Shown: positions 1 through 8,229, counted from the first letter of the stretch. The stretch: 16,433 bases of DNA from Arcobacteraceae bacterium (GCA_048268245.1 JBLWVX010000046.1:1-16433); one strand, 5' to 3'. The notes: a model not told the origin generated them from the letters alone. Made by a program: numbers and translations.

Positions 1-250
1 CCTACTTAAAAAAGGATATTTAGAAGACTTTTTTACATTTATTTAAAAATTTAAACTTCTCATTTTAAGCTTATAATTTAGTGTAACTACTTTATACTAT
101 AAAAAACTATACAAAATCTTAAAACTTAACTTCCATTAAATTAAAAATGAATATAACTTCTTTGAAATTCAATTAAATTTAAACTATCTTTCATATTTAC
201 TTCATATAAGTTATTGTAGAATAATTGCTATTTATTAATATGGAGATAAT

Positions 251-700
251 ATGAAAGTTTTATTAATTAAAGATGTAAAAGGTTTAGGAAAAACTGGTGA
301 AGTTAAAGAAGTAAAAGATGGTTACGGTAAAAACTTTCTAGTTGGAAAAGGTTTAGCAAAACATGCAACACCTGAAGTTCTAAACAGATATAAAGCAGAG
401 CAAAGAAAAAAAGCAGAAATTGAAGCAGAAGAAATTAAAACTGCAAATGAATTAGCTGAAAAATTAAATTCTACAAAATTAAGCATAAAGCACAAAATGG
501 GTGCAAATGGTCACTTAATTGGTTCTGTAACTAATAAAGAGATTAGTGAAGCTTTAAAAGCAGAGTTTGATATTGAAATTGATAAGAAAAATATCTCATT
601 AAAAACTAAAATAAAAGCTGCAGGAATTTTTGAAGCAGATTGTAAGTTAGGTCATGGAATTCATGCAACTTTAAAAGTAGATGTTATTGGAGTAGAATAG
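251..700 (+). CDS. rplI: 50S ribosomal protein L9
   Basis: 149 aa with the L9 N-terminus [30 protein letters not shown] and C-domain [14 protein letters not shown] at 242-245. Confidence 0.98.
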   Translation: MKVLLIKDVKGLGKTGEVKEVKDGYGKNFLVGKGLAKHATPEVLNRYKAEQRKKAEIEAEEIKTANELAEKLNSTKLSIKHKMGANGHLIGSVTNKEISEALKAEFDIEIDKKNISLKTKIKAAGIFEADCKLGHGIHATLKVDVIGVE

Positions 701-1237
701 ATGTTTGACGCTACTACGATACTTGCATATAAAGGGAAAAATAAAGCAGTAATTGGAGGTGATGGTCAAGTTACTTTCGGAAATGCTGTTTTAAAAGGCA
801 ATGCGACAAAAATTAGAAAACTATATGACGGTAAGATTCTTTCTGGTTTTGCTGGAAGTACTGCAGATGCTTTCAATCTTTATGATATGTTTGAAACTCA
901 CTTAGAAAATACTAAAGGTGACTTATTAAAAGCTGTTATTGGATTTTCAAAAGAGTGGAGAAAAGATAAAGTTTTAAGAAGATTAGAAGCTATGATGATT
1001 GTATTAAATAAAGAGCATATTTTTATACTTTCTGGAAACGGTGATGTTGTTGAGCCTGAAGATGGTGCAATTGCTTCTATTGGTTCAGGAGGAAACTTTG
1101 CAATTTCAGCTGCACGAGCACTTGCTAAACATGCAGATATGGATGAAGAAGATTTAGTAAGAGAGTCTTTAATGATTGCAGGTGAATTATGTATTTATAC
1201 AAATCAAAATATAAAATTATTAAAAATAGAGGATTAA
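701..1237 (+). CDS. hslV: ATP-dependent protease subunit HslV (ClpQ)
   Basis: TTIL...GDGQVT.G...[26 protein letters not shown] motifs; ATG directly abuts the rplI TAG; GGAG at 689-692. Confidence 0.98.
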   Translation: MFDATTILAYKGKNKAVIGGDGQVTFGNAVLKGNATKIRKLYDGKILSGFAGSTADAFNLYDMFETHLENTKGDLLKAVIGFSKEWRKDKVLRRLEAMMIVLNKEHIFILSGNGDVVEPEDGAIASIGSGGNFAISAARALAKHADMDEEDLVRESLMIAGELCIYTNQNIKLLKIED

Positions 1238-1243
1238 TAGAAT

Positions 1244-2572
1244 ATGGATTTAACACCAAAGCAGATTGTTGCATATTTAGATGATTATGTAATTGGTCAA
1301 AAAGATGCTAAAAAAACTATTGCTTTAGCCCTAAGAAACAGATACAGAAGAATGAAAGTTGAACCAACTTTACAAGAAGAGATTATGCCTAAAAATATCC
1401 TTATGATAGGAAGTACAGGTGTTGGTAAAACTGAAATAGCAAGAAGACTTGCAAAAATGATGGGATTACCTTTTGTAAAGGTTGAGGCTTCTAAATATAC
1501 TGAAGTTGGTTTTGTAGGACGAGATGTAGAATCAATGGTAAGAGATTTAGTATATGAATCAATAAACATTGTAACTAAAGAGTTTGAAGAAAAAATCAAA
1601 GATAAAATAGAAGATGAAGTAAATAAAAAAATCATTGAGAAACTTGTACCACCACTTCCTGAAAGTGCTACAGAGAGTGCAAAAGAGTCTTTTATAAAAA
1701 CTTATAACCTTATGGAGTCAAAACTTTTAAAAGGTGATCTTGATGATAAAAAAATTGAGATAGAAGTTCCTAAGAAAAGTCATGTGGAGATTATAGATTC
1801 TGGTATGCCTATGGATATGAGCTCTATGCAAGAAAGCCTTAACAAAATGTTAGGTGGACTAAACAAAGAGAAAATCAAAAAAGAAGTTACAATCAAGGAT
1901 GCAAAAATTCTTTTAAAAGATGAAGCAAGTGATTCATTACTTGATCAAGAAGCTATTAAGATTGAGGCTATTAAAAGAGCTGAATCTGGAGGAATCATTT
2001 TCTTAGATGAAATAGATAAAATTGCTTCTGGTAAATCTAATCAGAATCAAGACCCATCAAAAGAGGGTGTTCAAAGAGATTTATTACCAATTGTTGAAGG
2101 TAGTAGTGTACAAACTAAATTTGGTCAAGTTAAAACAGATCATATTTTATTTATAGCTGCTGGTGCTTTCCATGTTTCAAAACCTAGTGACTTATTACCA
2201 GAGTTACAAGGAAGATTCCCTTTAAGAGTTGAATTAGAATCACTTGATGAAGAAGCACTTTATAAAATTCTTATAAATACTAAAAATTCACTTCTTAGAC
2301 AATATAAAGCATTATTAGAAGTTGAGGGTGTTGAGTTAGAATTTGATGATGAGTCAATTAGAGCATTTGCTAAGTATTCTGAAACTGCAAATGAAAAGAC
2401 TGAAGATATTGGTGCAAGAAGACTACACACTGTAATTGAAAAAGTCATTGAAGATATTTCTTTTGATGCTGATGAAAAACAAGGTGAGAAAGTAATTGTA
2501 ACAAAAGAACTAGTTGAAGAAAAACTTGATAAAATCGTTGATGATGAAGATATTGCAAGATATATTCTTTAA
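1244..2572 (+). CDS. hslU: ATP-dependent protease ATPase subunit HslU (ClpY)
   Basis: Walker A GSTGVGKT, KVEASKYTEVGFVGRDVESM, Walker B IIFLDEIDK, GVQRDLLP, ELQGRFP, GARRL, C-terminal RYIL. Confidence 0.98.
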   Translation: MDLTPKQIVAYLDDYVIGQKDAKKTIALALRNRYRRMKVEPTLQEEIMPKNILMIGSTGVGKTEIARRLAKMMGLPFVKVEASKYTEVGFVGRDVESMVRDLVYESINIVTKEFEEKIKDKIEDEVNKKIIEKLVPPLPESATESAKESFIKTYNLMESKLLKGDLDDKKIEIEVPKKSHVEIIDSGMPMDMSSMQESLNKMLGGLNKEKIKKEVTIKDAKILLKDEASDSLLDQEAIKIEAIKRAESGGIIFLDEIDKIASGKSNQNQDPSKEGVQRDLLPIVEGSSVQTKFGQVKTDHILFIAAGAFHVSKPSDLLPELQGRFPLRVELESLDEEALYKILINTKNSLLRQYKALLEVEGVELEFDDESIRAFAKYSETANEKTEDIGARRLHTVIEKVIEDISFDADEKQGEKVIVTKELVEEKLDKIVDDEDIARYIL

Positions 2573-2590
2573 TATTTAAAAAATTAATAA

Positions 2591-2605
2591 TTTTTTAGTT
2601 AGAAT
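2591..2605 (+). promoter_or_regulatory. Putative sigma70 -10 (TAGAAT at 2600-2605) for the REC-like ORF and tatD
   Basis: TTTTTTAGT-TAGAAT about 30 nt upstream of the SD-supported ATG at 2636. Confidence 0.45.
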
Positions 2606-2635
2606 AAAGAATAATTGATTTTTGGGAGAAATAAT

Positions 2636-2941
2636 ATGAAAATAGTTACATTTTGTGAAATAGATGAGTCTTTATTTGGTTCTGAGCATACAGTAGAACA
2701 CTTTCAAAGTGGAACATCTGGTGATGCTCAGATTGTTGTATTAGATATTAATTCTATTTTTGAATTTGAAGAGAACAAAAGTTCAGTTTGTGCAGATAAA
2801 TTTGTATCTATAGCTATCGTTGAAGATGATGGAGATTATGATGCATTTAAAAACTTTGGTATTGATGCATGGATTAAAGCTGAAGATATCTCACAAATTA
2901 AAAATTTAATTAACTTAGTACAAAAGAGATTTTTATCGTAA
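2636..2941 (+). CDS. Small hypothetical protein, CheY/receiver-domain-like (atypical)
   Basis: SD GGGAG (2624-2628) favours ATG 2636 over TTG 2615, giving 101 aa. The pattern MKIVTFCEID / IVVLDIN / FGIDAWIK resembles receiver beta1, beta3(Asp) and alpha4-beta5(Lys). Confidence 0.6.
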   Translation: MKIVTFCEIDESLFGSEHTVEHFQSGTSGDAQIVVLDINSIFEFEENKSSVCADKFVSIAIVEDDGDYDAFKNFGIDAWIKAEDISQIKNLINLVQKRFLS

Positions 2942-2953
2942 AAAGGATTAGAA

Positions 2954-3742
2954 ATTATACTTGATACACACTGTCACTTAGACAATGAGAAGTTTTATGA
3001 AGATGTTCATGAAGTAATACAAAATGCTATCTCTCATGGAGTTAAAGGTTTTTTAATTCCAGGTGCTGATTTTAAAGATTTACCACAGGCTGTAAAACTT
3101 GCTGAACAATATGATGAAGTTTACTTTTCAGTTGGAACACATCCTTATGATGCCAAACAATATGATATAAAAGTATTGGAAGAGTATATAAATCATCCTA
3201 AATGTATTGCTATTGGAGAGTGTGGATTAGACTATTTTAGACTCCCAGAAGATGAAGAAGAGAAAAAAGCTTATAAACAAAAACAAAGAGAGGTTTTTAT
3301 TTCACAAGTTGAGTTTGCAAAAAAAGTAAAAAAACCTCTAATTATTCATATAAGAGAAGCCTCTAATGACTCACGGCAGATTTTAGAAGAATATAATGCT
3401 AAAGAAGTTGGAGGAGTATTGCATTGCTATAATGCAAGTGAACATCTTCTTCCTTTAGCAAACCATGGTTTTTATTTCGGAATTGGTGGGGTTTTAACTT
3501 TTAAAAATGCTAAAAAGTTGGTTGAAGTACTTCCTAAAATACCAAAGCAAAAACTTTTAATTGAAACAGATGCACCATACTTAACTCCTCATCCTCATAG
3601 AGGTAAAAGAAATGAACCTTACTACACAGTATTTGTAGCTGATAAAATGGCTGAACTTCTAGATATTTCAAGAGATGAAATAGAAGATCTTACAACTACT
3701 AATGCTAAAAAATTATTTAAAGAGTTTTCTAGTATATCTTAG
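2954..3742 (+). CDS. tatD: TatD-family metal-dependent DNase/hydrolase (non-canonical ATT start)
   Basis: The frame stays open 74 codons upstream of the track start (3176): (I)ILDTHCHLD...VYFSVGTHP. Downstream motifs IGECGLDY, IIHIRE, VLHCY, LLIETDAPYL. SD AAGGA at 2943-2947 precedes ATT 2954. 262 aa. Confidence 0.92.
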   Translation: MILDTHCHLDNEKFYEDVHEVIQNAISHGVKGFLIPGADFKDLPQAVKLAEQYDEVYFSVGTHPYDAKQYDIKVLEEYINHPKCIAIGECGLDYFRLPEDEEEKKAYKQKQREVFISQVEFAKKVKKPLIIHIREASNDSRQILEEYNAKEVGGVLHCYNASEHLLPLANHGFYFGIGGVLTFKNAKKLVEVLPKIPKQKLLIETDAPYLTPHPHRGKRNEPYYTVFVADKMAELLDISRDEIEDLTTTNAKKLFKEFSSIS

Positions 3743-3743
3743 A

Positions 3744-3749
3744 TATAAT
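3744..3749 (+). promoter_or_regulatory. Putative sigma70 -10 (TATAAT) for the rlpA-hisB-kdsC-lptCA-engB operon
   Basis: Perfect TATAAT just after the tatD stop, about 110 nt upstream of the rlpA start. Confidence 0.5.
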
Positions 3750-3774
3750 GTTTACTATTTGAACAATAGTAAAC
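3750..3774. repeat. Perfect 10-5-10 inverted repeat GTTTACTATT-TGAAC-AATAGTAAAC
   Basis: Read directly. It overlaps the predicted rlpA transcription start; possible operator or hairpin. Confidence 0.6.
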
Positions 3775-3857
3775 TCTTTAAATAAGATATTCACTTATCT
3801 TATAAAAACTTCAATAGAAATTTGATTAAAGAGTCTTAATAAAACATAGGAGAAGAC

Positions 3858-4790
3858 TTGAGTTTTCTTAATAAAGCAATAAAATATGGCTTAAATAGTA
3901 GTATTGTAATCGGTACAATGATTTTTACAGGTTGTTCTTCTAAACAAAGCTCATATTCAGGTGGTACATATACACCAGCAGATATTAGTAAAGTTTATAA
4001 AGAAACAAGTAATACTAAGATTAGAAACTCTAAGGCAATGCATAGAGCAACACTTAAACCTTATAGTGTATTTGGTGTTAGATATTATCCTAAGGTTGAA
4101 AGTGTAGGACAAGAGTTAATAGGTATTGCTTCTTGGTATGGACCTAAATTTCATGCTAAAAAGACATCAAATGGTGAAATATACAATATGTATGCAATGA
4201 CAGCTGCACATAAAACTTTACCAATGAATACTATGGTTAGAGTAGATAACTTAGAAAATGGTAAAAGTGCAATTGTTAGAATCAATGATAGAGGACCCTT
4301 TGTAGCAGGAAGAATTATTGATTTATCAAATAAAGCTGCATATGCTATTGATATGGTAAGAAAAGGAACAGCAGAAGTAAAAGTTACTGTTCTTGGTTAC
4401 AATGGAGAACTTGAAAATCATGAAGCTCCTGTAGCTGAACCTGTATTTACTAATGTAGCTAAAAAACAAGAAACAAATATAGGAACACCTGTTATTCAAC
4501 CTAAGCCAGTTGTAGAAAAATTTGAACCTATGAAAATAGAAGAAAAGACTATTGTTAGTGGTGGAAATTATAATATTCAAGTTGGAGCTTTTGGAAGACT
4601 TGAGGGTGCAATACAAACAAAAGCTAAATATGAAGCATTAACTAATGGAAACTATACTGTAAAAGTAGAAAAAGTACTTTCAGGTAGTAGATACTTGCAT
4701 AAAGTTTTTATTACAGGTTTTGATTCGTATAATCATGCTCAGTTATTTAAAGACTCAAATGGTCTAAACGGTATGATATTAGAAAAGTAA
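3858..4790 (+). CDS. rlpA: Septal ring lytic transglycosylase RlpA-family lipoprotein (DPBB + SPOR)
   Basis: Lipobox IFTG-C; GIASWYG, TAAHKTLP, VRINDRGPF, RIIDLS; C-terminal SPOR-like IQVGAF; TTG start with SD AGGAG at 3848-3852. Confidence 0.95.
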   Translation: MSFLNKAIKYGLNSSIVIGTMIFTGCSSKQSSYSGGTYTPADISKVYKETSNTKIRNSKAMHRATLKPYSVFGVRYYPKVESVGQELIGIASWYGPKFHAKKTSNGEIYNMYAMTAAHKTLPMNTMVRVDNLENGKSAIVRINDRGPFVAGRIIDLSNKAAYAIDMVRKGTAEVKVTVLGYNGELENHEAPVAEPVFTNVAKKQETNIGTPVIQPKPVVEKFEPMKIEEKTIVSGGNYNIQVGAFGRLEGAIQTKAKYEALTNGNYTVKVEKVLSGSRYLHKVFITGFDSYNHAQLFKDSNGLNGMILEK

Positions 4791-4800
4791 GGTTAAGAAG

Positions 4801-5373
4801 ATGATAGAAATAAATAGAGAAACTAGAGAAACAAATATAAAATGTAAATTAGAAGTAAATGGTGAGGGAAAATCTACTATAAAAACAGGAGTTGGTTTTT
4901 TTGATCATATGTTAGAAGCTTTTTCTAAACATAGTGGTATTAATTTAGAGCTTTCATGTGATGGAGATTTACATGTAGATGCTCACCATACTGTGGAAGA
5001 TTGTGGAATAGTGATAGGTCAAGCTTTGAAAAAAGAGATTTTTCCTATTGAAGCAGTTGAAAGATATGGAAATGCAACAGTTGTTATGGATGAGGCCGCT
5101 GTTACATGTGCTTTAGATTTATCAAATAGACCATACTTAGTTTATGAAGTAAATGTAGATGGAAAAGTTGGTGAGTTTGATGTTGAATTAGCTGAAGAGT
5201 TTTTTCATGCTGTTTCAAAAAATGCAGGATTAACAGTACATATCATAGAAGATAGAGGACGAAATAAACACCATATTTTAGAAGCAGCTTTTAAAGCATT
5301 TGCTGTTGCACTAAGACGTGCTTTAGTTAAAAATGAAAGACTAGGTATCCCTAGTACAAAAGGTATTTTATGA
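4801..5373 (+). CDS. hisB: Imidazoleglycerol-phosphate dehydratase (monofunctional)
   Basis: RETRET, TGVGFFDHML, DLHVDAHHTVED, VMDEA, NKHHILEAAFKA, PSTKG. Confidence 0.97.
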   Translation: MIEINRETRETNIKCKLEVNGEGKSTIKTGVGFFDHMLEAFSKHSGINLELSCDGDLHVDAHHTVEDCGIVIGQALKKEIFPIEAVERYGNATVVMDEAAVTCALDLSNRPYLVYEVNVDGKVGEFDVELAEEFFHAVSKNAGLTVHIIEDRGRNKHHILEAAFKAFAVALRRALVKNERLGIPSTKGIL

Positions 5374-5867
5374 TTGAACTTATAGTATTAGATGTTGATG
5401 GTACTTTAACAGATGGAAAAATTACTTATACAAATAATGGTGATGAGATAAAATCTTTTGATGTAGCAGATGGTTTAGCAATTGCAACATGGACAAAAAA
5501 ATTAGGTAAAAAAGCTGCTATTATTACAGGTAGAACTTCTTTATTAGTTGAGAGAAGAGCAAAAGATTTACAAATTACTCATTTGCATCAGAAAGTTCAT
5601 AATAAAGATGAAGTATTAGAAAGTATTCTAAAAAAAGAGAATCTAACTTGGGATCAAGTGGCAGCTATTGGTGATGATTTAAATGATTTTAAAATGCTTA
5701 AAAAAGTAGGCTTTTCAGCAACTCCTGCAAATGGAACACACTATTTAAAAAGCTTTGTTGACTTTGTTTGTGAAAATAAAGGTGGAGAAGGTGCTGTTAG
5801 AGAAATGCTTGAATATATTATAAAGCAAGATGGATTAGAAGAGGAATATTTAGCTGCATGGGTGTAA
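5370..5867 (+). CDS. kdsC: KDO 8-phosphate phosphatase (HAD family)
   Basis: LDVDGTLTDG, FDVADG, AIITGR, IGDDLND, GGEGAVRE; ATGA overlap with hisB. Confidence 0.95.
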   Translation: MIELIVLDVDGTLTDGKITYTNNGDEIKSFDVADGLAIATWTKKLGKKAAIITGRTSLLVERRAKDLQITHLHQKVHNKDEVLESILKKENLTWDQVAAIGDDLNDFKMLKKVGFSATPANGTHYLKSFVDFVCENKGGEGAVREMLEYIIKQDGLEEEYLAAWV

Positions 5868-6385
5868 AGATATTTATAAACACTCTACTAGCTTTGGCTA
5901 TTGGAGTATATTTTATTCCAGTTGAAAATAAAAAAACAAGAGAGGATATAAAAGATATTCCTTTAGTAGTTTTTGAAAATCCAAAGATGTATACACTTTC
6001 ACAAAATACATTAAATAGAGTTGTAAATGCAAGTCATGCAGTAAAATATCAAAATAGAGATGAAATGTTTAATGCTAATATTATCATCAAAAATGAAAAA
6101 GTAAAAAAAGATTTTTTAGTAGATAAAATCAAATCAGATTTAATAATTAATCATGGGGATATTTTAACATTTAAAGGTAATGTTAATTATCAAAGAGATT
6201 ATTTTATAAATCTTGATACGAGTAAATTATATTACAATACAAAAGACAAAATAGCTTATAACGATGTAGCTTATAATGGAAATTATTACAAAAGTACTGT
6301 AAAAGGAACTGATTTATATTTGGACTCAATAAACAGCTCAATAAAATCAAAGAATGTACATTTTGAAATAGATATGAAAAATTAA
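5858..6385 (+). CDS. lptC: LPS export periplasmic protein LptC
   Basis: Single N-terminal hydrophobic anchor, beta-rich body (FKGNVNY, LDTSKLYYN), located between kdsC and lptA. Confidence 0.75.
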   Translation: MGVKIFINTLLALAIGVYFIPVENKKTREDIKDIPLVVFENPKMYTLSQNTLNRVVNASHAVKYQNRDEMFNANIIIKNEKVKKDFLVDKIKSDLIINHGDILTFKGNVNYQRDYFINLDTSKLYYNTKDKIAYNDVAYNGNYYKSTVKGTDLYLDSINSSIKSKNVHFEIDMKN

Positions 6386-6396
6386 ATAAAAGGTTT

Positions 6397-6888
6397 ATGA
6401 TGAAATATTTAGCTGGTTTATTAGTTTGTTCAACACTTCTTTTTGGACAGACACAAAAACTTGTTATTGACGCTCAGAAATTTGAAGCAAGTGATGTAAA
6501 GGGAATTTCTACATTTACAGGGGATGTGAAAATCCAAATGGGAAAAGATAGATTAGAAGCAAACAAAGTTGAAATATACTTTGTATCAAGTAAAGGTTCT
6601 AATACAAAGACCCCTTCAAAATACATAGCAACAGGAAATGTAAATTTTGAGTTAATAACTTCAAAGAAACACTATATTGGAAAAGGGAATAAGATAATCT
6701 ATTCTCCTTCTAAGCAAGAGTACACAGTACTTGGAAATGGCTTCTTACAAGAAAAAAATGATGATAGGAAAATTTATGGAGATAAAATCTATGTAAATCA
6801 ACTATCAGGAGAAGCTAAAGTTAGTGGTAGTGAGAATAAACCTGTAAGATTCATCATAAATATAGAACAAGGTGGGGAAAATAAATAA
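6397..6888 (+). CDS. lptA: LPS transport periplasmic protein LptA
   Basis: Signal peptide; OstA-like motifs TFTGDVKIQ, LEANKVEI, IATGNV, IYGDKIYVN, KPVRFII. Confidence 0.9.
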   Translation: MMKYLAGLLVCSTLLFGQTQKLVIDAQKFEASDVKGISTFTGDVKIQMGKDRLEANKVEIYFVSSKGSNTKTPSKYIATGNVNFELITSKKHYIGKGNKIIYSPSKQEYTVLGNGFLQEKNDDRKIYGDKIYVNQLSGEAKVSGSENKPVRFIINIEQGGENK

Positions 6889-7499
6889 TGAGAATAGTTG
6901 AAGCTTCATTTATGAAATCAGCACAAAGTATAGATGATTCACCAAGTCCTGATATGGCAGAGGTTGCCTTTTTAGGAAGAAGTAATGTTGGAAAATCATC
7001 TTTATTAAATACTTTGACAAATAGAAAAGGTTTAGCAAAATCTTCATCAACGCCAGGTAAGACACAGTTGATTAATTATTTTGCTATTAAATTTAAAACA
7101 GAAAATGAAGAAATACCACATCTGTATGCTAGGTTTGTGGATCTACCAGGATTTGGATATGCAAGAGTATCAAAAACTTTAAAAGCTGCATGGAATAAAA
7201 ACCTAACTGGATATTTAGAAGAGAGACCAAATCTTCAAGTGTTTGTTCATTTAATAGACTCAAGGCACCCAAATTTAGAGATTGATAAAAATGTGGATGA
7301 GTTTTTAAAAACTCATAAAAGAGGTGATCAAATTATCATCAATGCTTTTACAAAAACAGATAAATTAAAACAAAATGATTTACAAAAATTAAAAAGAGCA
7401 TACCCTGATGGAATATTTGTATCTAACTTAAAGAAAAGAGGGATGTTAGACCTTCAAAAAGCAATAACGGATCATTTATTTGGAAATCAAATTTTTTAA
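6888..7499 (+). CDS. engB: Ribosome biogenesis GTPase EngB/YihA/YsxC
   Basis: G1 GRSNVGKSS, SSTPGKT, G3 DLPGFG, G4 TKTD. Confidence 0.96.
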   Translation: MRIVEASFMKSAQSIDDSPSPDMAEVAFLGRSNVGKSSLLNTLTNRKGLAKSSSTPGKTQLINYFAIKFKTENEEIPHLYARFVDLPGFGYARVSKTLKAAWNKNLTGYLEERPNLQVFVHLIDSRHPNLEIDKNVDEFLKTHKRGDQIIINAFTKTDKLKQNDLQKLKRAYPDGIFVSNLKKRGMLDLQKAITDHLFGNQIF

Positions 7500-7941
7500 A
7501 CCTGATGTAACTCATATTGCAACTATGCAAGAGTTAGTAAAAGAAGAGGTTGATAATGGAAATATTCTTTTACGAACAGAAGATGAAATGGCTAATACTA
7601 TTAGGTCATATACAATTGTTGAAGTGGATGGTGTAATGGCTGGATTCACAGCCTTACACATACACTCTGCTAGACTTGCTGAAGTTAGAAGTTTAGTTGT
7701 CTCTAAAAATTTTAGAGGTTTAAAGCTAGGACAAAAACTTGTTGGTGCTTGTATAGAAGAGGGTAAAAAATATAAGCTTGATCAAATATTATCTCTTACT
7801 TATGAACAAGGCTTTTTTGAAAGTGTTGGCTTTAGAAAAATAGAGAAAGAAGATATTCCTGAACATAAAATATGGGCAGACTGTATTAGATGTAAGCACT
7901 TTCCTATTTGTGATGAAATTGCTATGGTTTATGATTTATAA
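7480..7941 (+). CDS. argA: GNAT acetyltransferase, short N-acetylglutamate synthase (ArgA)-like
   Basis: ILLR, LAEVRSLVV..FRGLKLG, LTY..FF, and C-terminal KIWADCIRCKHFPICDEIAM, typical of short ArgA-type GNATs. TTG start overlaps engB. Confidence 0.7.
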   Translation: MEIKFFKPDVTHIATMQELVKEEVDNGNILLRTEDEMANTIRSYTIVEVDGVMAGFTALHIHSARLAEVRSLVVSKNFRGLKLGQKLVGACIEEGKKYKLDQILSLTYEQGFFESVGFRKIEKEDIPEHKIWADCIRCKHFPICDEIAMVYDL

Positions 7942-8183
7942 ATGAATCAAAATATAGAAGAAATTCAAAATAGTTTAATTTCTTTACAAGAAGAGTTGAA
8001 AAATCATAAACTTTATGAGAGTATCAACTCTTTGGAAACTTTACAAGTCTTTATGTAAAATCATGTTTTTGCTGTGTGGGACTTTATGTCTATAGTAAAA
8101 ACTTTACAGTTACAACTAACTTCTATAAAAGCTTTAAAACTAAGAATTAAATTTTGAACTCTATTTATAAAGAAATAGATTAA
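7942..8183 (+). pseudogene. DUF3050-family (heme-oxygenase-like fold) pseudogene
   Basis: [60 protein letters not shown], with in-frame TAA at 8056-8058, joins directly to a C-terminal-like KALKLRIKF. After a 1-nt shift near 8155 it reads [18 protein letters not shown] is the DUF3050 signature as I recall it. Confidence 0.8.
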
Positions 8184-8195
8184 TTTTTTATATTA

Positions 8196-8209
8196 TTGAT
8201 ACATATCAA
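8196..8209. promoter_or_regulatory. FNR/Nss-type Crp-Fnr binding box TTGAT-ACAT-ATCAA
   Basis: Perfect TTGAT-N4-ATCAA (extends to ATTGAT..ATCAAT), centred at 8202.5, about 40 nt upstream of the start predicted from TATAAT 8230-8235. Confidence 0.85.
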
Positions 8210-8224
8210 TGATACTAATTCTCA
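8210..8224. promoter_or_regulatory. Fur/PerR-like box TGATACT-A-ATTCTCA
   Basis: 12 of 14 matches to the 7-1-7 Fur consensus TGATAAT-N-ATTATCA; lies between the FNR/Nss box and the -10. Confidence 0.5.
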
Positions 8225-8229
8225 ATTAT

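Noticed and set aside
1..250. Heat-shock operator (CIRCE/HAIR), small ORF or repeat array upstream of rplI-hslVU
   Set aside because: No match to TTAGCACTC-N9-GAGTGCTAA or CTTGAGT-N7-ACTCAAG was seen. The recurring AACT motifs are irregularly spaced and expected at this AT content.
1297..1635. 112-aa minus-strand ORF
   Set aside because: Antisense shadow of hslU; composition is explained by the sense codons.
2260..2448. 62-aa minus-strand ORF
   Set aside because: Antisense shadow inside hslU.
2577..2597. 10-1-10 palindrome TAAAAAATTA-A-TAATTTTTTA after hslU
   Set aside because: AT-only and low complexity; too weak to call as a terminator or operator.
4326..4616. 96-aa minus-strand ORF
   Set aside because: Antisense inside rlpA, no recognisable motif.
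8056..8157. Stop-codon recoding (TAA/TGA, selenocysteine) in the DUF3050 remnant
   Set aside because: The first stop is TAA, the TGA is explained by a 1-nt deletion, and most of the gene is missing.
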